Assembly: GCA_035292445.1 (NCBI GenBank)
Contig: DATDQB010000013.1
Location: forward strand, 82,132-146,131
Length of the DNA stretch: 64,000 nt
Reading direction: 5' to 3'
DNA from: Candidatus Omnitrophota bacterium
GTDB taxonomy: Bacteria > Omnitrophota > Gorgyraeia > Zapsychrales > Zapsychraceae
The notes beneath the pieces were generated by a model. It worked only from the letters and a program-made list of their open reading frames with translations. It was not told where the DNA came from and ran no database searches. Of the stretch, positions 17,501 to 26,500 are shown piece after piece. The position numbers were made by a program, and so were the translations under genes. How positions within the stretch are numbered: position 1 is the stretch's first letter; each line of letters begins with the position of its first letter.

Positions 17501-20500
17501 TCGGAAGACCAGCATCTGTATCAATCGTAAATGTTTGACGGAATTTATCGGCATGAGATGTGGGTATCATATCCATAATCGCACGAAGGTTATCGATCCC
17601 CAAACCTTTTGGTTTAGAGAGCTTCTCGGGATCAAGGCCTTCACGGCTTGGCCGAGGGCTCTGTGTATCATCATCGATACCCCGATCAGTTTTATGGATA
17701 ATGCTTATCCCTCTTCCTTCCACGTGGGTGGCTAAAAGAGGCTTGTCTTCATCATCCACATAGCTGACGGATTCATCCTGGACAATAATGCCGCCAAAGA
17801 CATACTGGATGCCTGGGGCGGTATAGAACATCCTTCTCATTCTTTCGCGAAGAAGATAGTTCGCGCCGTCGACTTTATCAGCATCCGGATAAGCCTTTGC
17901 ATCCACTATCTTAAAACCGTATCTTTTAAGAAGTGCATTGCCTGTTGATGGAGACCCATCCGAAGCAAAGTAGTTACGGCCTCGCCCCGTCAGGCTTTGT
18001 ACTCTTTCACGAAGAAGGGTTTTTTGGACATCCGTCAACATCGCGTGATCTTCGTCTTCCGGGGGGTATTCCGAAATTGGTCTAGGCGGTAACACCTGGG
18101 TAGCGCCTGTGTCTAAATCATCTACTTCTTCCTGTTCTCCATCGACTACGGTGCCTACAGGGTTGGGGTCGCGGTTAATTTCATCCATTACTTGGAGCAA
18201 GCCTAAACCTAAACCTGAATTGACAATCAATGCTATAACGTCATCTTCACTACTCTCTCCCAATGAAAGAAGTCGATCATAGGCATCCTTGACCATGATT
18301 CTTCCAGCTAATAAATCTTCCAGAATTCGGTCAGCCGCCATCATGGCGCTGTCGCCAGAAAGCAATTGCTCACCCTGACCAATAAGACGATTGATTCGAG
18401 CTCTTTTTTCATTAAGCTCGGATGATCCCAATTCATCCGATAATTGGCCTATCTCCAAAAGAATCGCCCTTTGTCCAGCTCTCAATATATAGAGTTCGTT
18501 CTCGATGTCTTGTGCCGGTTCGGGATAAAAGGTTTCAGGTGCAGCGAAGCGCTCCTCAATGTGATCAAGGCTGACATCCTCCAAGGGAAAAGCGACCTCA
18601 TCTGCTCCTTCCAAAGGCCTGATGCGACTGATCGCTCTCTTGAGCAACCCTTCTATCGTATGTCGGTCGGTTGTAAGTTGGGCTATCTGTTGCGCAATTG
18701 AACTTCTTTCCTCTGGTCCATCTTTGAGGCTACGCTCCCTGGTCCTTAATTGTGTAATACGGGTTCTTACGCCTATCAAGGAAATTCGCAATTTGTTGAT
18801 AAGATCCGCCAATTCATTAACAGACAGATCATGTTGTAACGCCGTTTCTTTTTCTGCAATCTGTCTATGTATTTCTCCCATTAAATCATCTTTGGCTTTT
18901 AATCCGGCCCGGTCTTTCATGGTATCGCCTTTACCACCCTCAAATGATATGGCGGCAGTTTCCCCTATAGCAACCGATGTCATGAATTCCAGCCCTCTGT
19001 TGCCGGCAAAAACCTGCGGGTTGATCGACATGCCGCTTTTTTGCTTACGGCCGATCTCTTGCCACTGGGCCAGCCCGTCCATACCGTCCCTTAAATATCC
19101 CCCTTTACCGTCAGTCCCTTGCAAAAACTGCATGGTAGCGGCGTGTAGGAATGTGGATCCGCCGTAGGTGATAAAATTGAACTGGGAATATTTTCCCTGT
19201 TCCGGCAGAAATGCCTTTCTTTCTTCCGGCGTCATTAGACGACTCCCATCCTCGGTTTTGGCAAGCGGCCAATAAAAGGACGGCGACGTGTTATTTGCTT
19301 TTATTCTGGTTGTCGCATCCAGTAAACCCACGGCATCATCATGAGCTAGGTCTAACTCTTGAAGCGCTTTTAAGGCATATGAATAACTGTCCGGATCAAC
19401 TGGCCGGTTATTGTGATATGTTTCGATAATTTTCTCTACCTGAGTTTTAATTCGATCTCGAAAAGCCTGATCAAATCTTTCAAGAATTTCGTCATACCAG
19501 CCTTCGGCAAACAATAAGCGTCTGGCTTCCGCATCCAGGGCGGTTGACCACTGCTTGACTTCGCCAATATGCGGATGGTGCTGCTCAAACCAAGAAATGT
19601 CCGTATATGGCAAGGCTGATTTGGAACGGGCAATGGCCATTTCCATGCCGCTATTGATCATCCAAATGGTACGGCTTCTCTTCTCTACCGAACGGGTGAG
19701 CTGGAAATCCCATAATACGTTGATCGTGCCTGAGAAAGCTTCAGGCGCTTCATCCACCAACTGGATTTGACTGCTGTCGATGAGGCGAATTCCGATCTCT
19801 CTGGCCTTTGCTTTTACCAGATCGAAAAATCTTACGTCTCTTTCATAAGGTATAGCCGCAACAAAAGCTCTCCATTCTTCAACCGTCATACCAATCTTAT
19901 CCTGATTTGCGGCGATAGTTCTTGCCACAATTTCATCGATCGTCAAAAGATTGGCCATGATCTTCCATTGATTATGGACCTTTTGTAATTCGGAAGCCTC
20001 TAGCCCTGATTGATTGGCAGCCGTGATAACATCTTGATAGGTTTGGACCCTACCTTTGCTATCGTGAATCAAAGGTATATACTTCTGCCAGTCAGATCTA
20101 AACCGGGTGATTGTTGCCGCTATCTTTTCAGCCGGCATTTTTTTGGCAACCAGGTCTTTTTCCAATGCTTTGACTGCTTCTTCCAGACGTTCAGCTTCAT
20201 CGGCCTCAGTAACACCAAGAATAAATTTCTGATCACGTCCGTCATCATGGCCCGTGATCCATTCGGCCGATTCGGCATCGGTCCGGGCAACGATCAACGT
20301 ATTAAGACCCATGCGGTCAAACTCAAAACGGGCCTCAAGAAGTGTTTTGATCCAATGATCCGTACTATCGAGGACTTTGCCGCTCATATGCCCGCACATT
20401 TTACATCCGTGAGCTTGATCTTCAATGTGGACTGCGGCGATATGTGTTTCTTCCTCGCCCATTGACAGAACCCTTCGTGCCATCTCCTGGACCTTTAAAT

Positions 20501-23500
20501 GTCCTTCGTCAAAATCAACAAAGATAGGCACGTAGAAATCAACCGGTCTAACAAGAGAACGTTGTTCAGGCGTCATTTGGGCCCTGGCGATCTCCTGATA
20601 AATGGCATGCCATGTATTTAGCTTTGAGATCCTGGCAGCCAGTATACCCAAATAATCATATTGGTCCCGGGCACGGTCTCCTTTGCCTCTGAGCATTTGT
20701 GCATCCCATCCACCCAGATAATAGCCTTCAATATGCTTAAACAAATTCTGTTGCAGAAGAGCGAATATAATGCCGGATCTTTCTTTGAAAGCGTCATCGA
20801 TCCTTTCGTAATATTCCTGCTTTACATTCTCCATCATGGAGAACGAATCCTGAATAACACCCGTTTCAGCATCGATGAAGCCTAATGATGCTAAATGATT
20901 ATACAGGGCATCAACTTCATAATCATAAGCCACATCTAATAATTTTGTCTTTGTGATAGGTTCGGCTTGAAGAATTTCGGATACAGCCATGGCTTCGGCC
21001 ATCAATTCATTGCTAGGGCCGAAGGTATCGATGGATTTTACATCCCTGAAATACCTTCGCAGCTTGCCATTAAATTTCTCGGCCATATGGTTGGCGATCG
21101 ACCATGTTCTTAAAACAGGGCCTTGCGCAGCCGCGACTTTTTCTGCGCTCCAAACACGCTTGATCCAGCGGCCTTCGGCTCTTTGCTGGTTCCATCGCTC
21201 CTGCATGATTTGCGCTCGTTCTTCTAAAGAAGCCACCATCGCCGCATCGCCGCCCATGCGGGCAACCATGCCGCCTTCAGGTCCGGGTATATTCATCTGG
21301 GCAACTAACGCTTCATATCGCGCCAACACTTCAGGGCTAAGCGCCCCTGTGAAACGCTCTTTCCCCACCTCGATCATAGCCCACACGTCTCTTAATCGGC
21401 TTGAAACTGTCCCTTTCACATCTCCAAAGGTCGGCACCTCGTTATAGCGTTCTTCAGGATCTCTGGAACGGGCCCATTCCTCATCATTCTTGTCTTTTAT
21501 TTTTTCCCATCTTTTAATTAATCCCGCCAATTCATCTGGAAGTCTGGCAAGTTGCTCGATAGCCGATTTTCTATCCACACGATTGAGCTTATCGACACTC
21601 ACCTCTTTGCCTAAAAGAGCCGCTAAAAACGCTAATTCTTTCTCAGCCCTATCAAGATCCGCTTCTACTTGCGCTTCATACATCCCGCCTGGAAGCGCTC
21701 TGTCATATTGCGCTTTAAATCCTGCGACGCTCTGTAATAACCAATTAAAATACTCCTCGGCAACGGCCCTAGCATCCACCGCCATCGCCGCGTCACCTTC
21801 TTTGGGAGTTCCCTTCTGATCTCTCTCCCTCAATGACGCTATTATACCTCTCATATGTTTTTCAGAAGCAGCGGGTTCTTCCGGTACTAACTCACCACTT
21901 AAAGGATCTCCCCTGACAAACCTGGGTCCAAGTTCCGGCGCCCTATCTTTATCGCTGGCCGCCATCGCCGCGGCTGAAGTTAGTGAAGTTATCCTTTCCC
22001 GTATCTCTCGAATGGCCAGTTCGGTTTGTTCCTTTTCACCTTCCAGCCCCTCGACAATGACGACCTGATCTTGATATTCCACTAATTCATTTCCAATTTG
22101 TCCTAAACGCTTTTCCAGTTCTGCGATGGCACCTCGAAGCTCATCCGCCGTTCGGTATCCTTCCTCGCTGGTAAGAACGGCTTCTAAAATCCTGACCGCC
22201 CCCATCGCATTATCAATGCTGTCATCCCATTGCGCTCTTGTCCGATCAATTGTTTCCTCAAGCACTCTTTCCTCTTCCAATAAAGACGGTAAATCACCAA
22301 TGTCTCCATCTTCATATTTTGCTTTTTCTATTCTTTCTCTAACTTGAGCAAGTCGATCAATCGCGCGAAACCATTCTTTTTGGGCAGACTCATCCCCCAC
22401 CATCGCCGCGTCGATTGGTTCTTGAGAAGTCCCGCCTCTTTTTCCAAGGTGACCCATTTTTTTACGTTGAGTAAAAAGTATATCCCCTGCCGCGGCGTCA
22501 ACGGCCCGAAACATATTATCAAATGTTTCCCCATAAGCTAATTCGGCGATACGATGAGGATCCATCCGTAATTTATCCAATCTTTCAAATCCAACACTGT
22601 CCAAATTTTGTAGAATACTCGATTCAGGATAGTAGCTTCTTCTTCGCGAGTCATCGAAATCGGCTATTTTACTCAAAATATAACTGTTAGAAGCCTCTTC
22701 ACTTTGTAATCGATCTCTGAATCGGTATAAGACCCTCCTTCGCTCTGGCTCCATTAAACTTAAATAATCTAACGCCCTTGTAACTTTATCTCTTAACTGT
22801 AAATCATCAAACTGGGAAACAAAACGTTTTGCATTCTTCGGAAATTGATTACTAATACGCATAGCCCGAAAGTCTAGGGAAATCATACCTTCAATGACCG
22901 AATAGTCCTCAATCCTATCCAAAAGGATCCGTGTTGAGAAATAATCAGACAGGATCATAGCTTCAAAGATATCGGCATCCCTGTATCTTTCTGTTACCGC
23001 CATCGCCGCGTCGGTTTCCGCCACAGAGACAACCGTCTTTTCAACAAGTCTTTCTAAAGTCTCCGTAACTTCTTTAATTTTGCGTTGCAGGGGTCCTATT
23101 TTATCTTGATCATAAGCGGCAAGGGTTCTGAAGCTCAAAACGTCACCGGAACTGCGAGGTATTAAGATTCGGTAAAAGGTCTGAATCGCTTCTTGGGCTG
23201 TCGTTAAAGGTACATTTTGACCGCCTGAATCTCGAATGGCCCTTTGAAGCGTTTGAATCATCTCCAACAACCCAACCCCTTCTTCTCTGATTCTAGCGTC
23301 TTCAAAAGCTACTACCATTTCTTTAAGTTCTTCCAATTGCGCCGCCACCATCGCCGCGTCACCTTCTTTGGGAGTTCCCTTCTGATCTCTCTCCCTCAAT
23401 GACGCTATCATGTCTGTCATATGTTCTATAGAAGCAGGTTCTTCAGGTACTATCTCACCAGTTAAAGAATCTCTCCTGGCAACCCTGGGCCCCAATTCCG

Positions 23501-26500
23501 GCGCCCTGTCATCTGACTTTCCAGCCGCCATCGCCGTGTCGATATAATTCCCATCACGTAGCGCATTGGCTATTTTTTCAAGCTGCTCTTCAATAATTGA
23601 ATTTGACGCCTCCTCGCCTTGAGGATTAAAAGGAGCATACCCCGCAGCAACCGTTTGTAATCTTTCTTGCAAATTCAAAAGTTCTGCTCTCGTCAACACG
23701 CCGCTTTCCACTCGAATCTCTTCTTCCGGCGTCAACATCGCCGCATCGGCAAGCTGGAACGGAGCAAATAAAATTCGCCGATCATACAGGTTGTCCGCAT
23801 TATCGTGGATAGCAAAAAATCGTTTCAACTTTCTTTTTACATCAATTAATGTTCTGTCATCAAGGGTTGTGTTAAAAACAATGGATTCATGAAGCACCAT
23901 ATTCTTTGAAGTGATAATGCTTTTATTGATTTCTCTGGCAATGGCGATATCTTCATCGCTAAATCCCGATTCCATATATCTGGCCTGGGTATTTCTAGCG
24001 ACTTCATCCATAATTTGGCTTAAATATTCCCATGTAATGATTGTGCCTGTATCTGGGCCTTCCTGCACCTTGGCCCCCGATTTAATCAACGTCCACAGCC
24101 AATATTGGGCTTTCTTGGCCGTAGCTAAATCAAACATGGTTCTTCCGCCATTATGCAAGTTGTCTACGGCAACAGCCGCTCCTTGTTTTCGATAACCTAG
24201 CGTATATGTCAGCAGTTCATATAAGTTCTTATATATTTCAGCTCTCGCTATATTTCCCTCTGGAACATGTAATAAATCGGCATATAACCCTTCATTATAA
24301 ACAGGCGGCGCCACTTCCATTTCTTCAACATCGGCTCGGAAGATTTCGTTTTCTTTGGGAATGGCGATTGGTGTCGCTGCCCAAGCTTGAAGTTTGCCTT
24401 GTTTGCGTTCATCTATTTTGTCACCTATAAATCCTGTGGTAGCTATTTCATCCGCGGCCGGGTCCATCGGCGCTCCATCTGGATATCTGCGTGAGGTCAT
24501 TCCCGTCCACATGCCGCCTTCAGGATGAACACCGCGTTTTTTACTGGCCGATAAATTAAGGCCTGTATAAGGTCTAAACGGTTTGTCTTTCATGCCTATT
24601 TTATCCAATCCCGGCCATACGCGTTTCTTCAAAAACCAAGCGAGTCGTATCGCTGAAGCACCCCAATCCCAACGTCCATCATTCGAAAACTTGATATGAT
24701 GGCGGCCTGCCCAGAACATTAATTCCAGCATTAATGTCGCCTCTTCGACTTCATGCATAAAAATAAGATTGATCTCTTCTTTAAGACCTAAAAACTCCTT
24801 TGTTTCAATGGCCGTCTCCACAAACAATTTTACTTCTTCCCAATGCTCCAATTTCGGCACAACAATATCAATGCCTTGTCTCGGATCGGCTTCTAAAGCC
24901 TCGAAATTAGGTTCAACATAATACGCCAAGTCTCTCATCATCATTGATACCGGCATACCCTTATAGGATTCATGCCGTGACCACAATTGCAATCCGCTTG
25001 GCCTTTTTGTTACTGTCGGCCAATATTTCCTGGGTAATACTCTATAAATTTTATTTTTGTCTCCATGTTTTACGCTCTTGAGTCTTCCGTTAATAATATC
25101 GGCACCGATTTGGTGTTCGGCAAACCTTTTGTCACTATCTATTCCAGCGGCATCTTCATCGTCACCAAAGATTCTTACAGGTCTCATCGCTTCTATATAT
25201 TCAGCTATCGCTGGATTACCCTCAATAATTGCTATGATTTCTTCATCAGTTTTTTCCTTTAAACTTATTCCAAACTTCTTTTCCACTTCATCCAATACAT
25301 TTGACCCAAACGCACTCAAGGCAAAAAATAGATTCCATGGACCTGACAATATGCCGCCTGCTTTTGTTAACCTTTCTGGCGCTTCGTCGACTTTCCAATC
25401 CCCTTCTAATATTTCACGCACGGTCAAAGTATTTCCATACGCATCGCTCACCTTATCATCCATATTAGGAATATAAGAATTTTCTCCGCGCTCAGCCGCG
25501 TTTATTCTTTCCCCGCGTTTCTTTAATAACTCGAGCTGCCGCTCGCCGAACTTCTCCATTAAATGCGCTATTAATGCCTGGCTTCGCGGATTTATGATTT
25601 TTCCACTTCCGACATCTCCTTCAAATTCGCTTAAATCTACGGCCTGTCCTTTTTGATCCAACACCTCTCTAATATCTAAATCCTCTACGCCCGCCACCAT
25701 CGCCGCATCGCTGGTCGTCAGCAGCCGGATGTGATCAGGCTTATCTGAATAGTCATCGAATAGTAATGCCTCATTGCGGATGAACGGAACAATATAGGCG
25801 TGAGACGATTGGAACTGCACTTTCGGTTTAACGAGCATGATCTGGCCTTGATTCGCGGGGACATCTTCCCGGCGGAACACGGGCAGCTTATCAAAGTCAG
25901 GATGGACAACAATTCTTGATGCCAGAGAGCGCGCGACCCTTTCAATGATATCCTGGTATCCTTTTAAACGTTTATAGTCATCCGATATGGTTGGTATCCT
26001 GCCCAGAACAACATCTAATATGCTCCAGTAAATTTGATAATCAATAAGGTCTTGAGCTTCTCTGTAAACGGAATTAAACCTACCATTGACTTGACTGATG
26101 GCAGAGTGAACTCTTCGACGGACTATGGTAATGGTATTTAAATGGCCTTCCGTAATGGGAGTGATCCCGTGGCGTTCCGCCACCTCCAATAACTCCTTTA
26201 GATCATCCGCATTCGGCGGTTCTTCTCGCCATATTTCCGGCCTGCGCGCAAGACGCTGCTGGCGCTCAGCATCCGTTGCGGTGGACGGATCTGTAATGAC
26301 CGCCTGGTCGGCCAACCGGCTGCTAGCCTCATCGACCGCCAATTGGGCGCTGTCACCGGCAATTGTTTCTAATAAATCAACATCCGTATCAAAAAAACGG
26401 CCCGTGGGGGAAGAAGCATTGATAACCTGCTGTTGGACAGCCTCAGGAAATTGGCCTAAATCGCCTTCTATTTCGGCTACCAACATCGCCATGTCCCTGC

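Noticed and set aside
21780-23550. Repeated CATCGCCGC-containing segments: could they be a CRISPR array or dispersed repeat element?
   Set aside because: The repeats are in-frame parts of a 13-kb ORF and encode the D-x-A-M linker peptides. Spacing is irregular (hundreds to thousands of nt), there are no short uniform spacers, and no cas genes are present.
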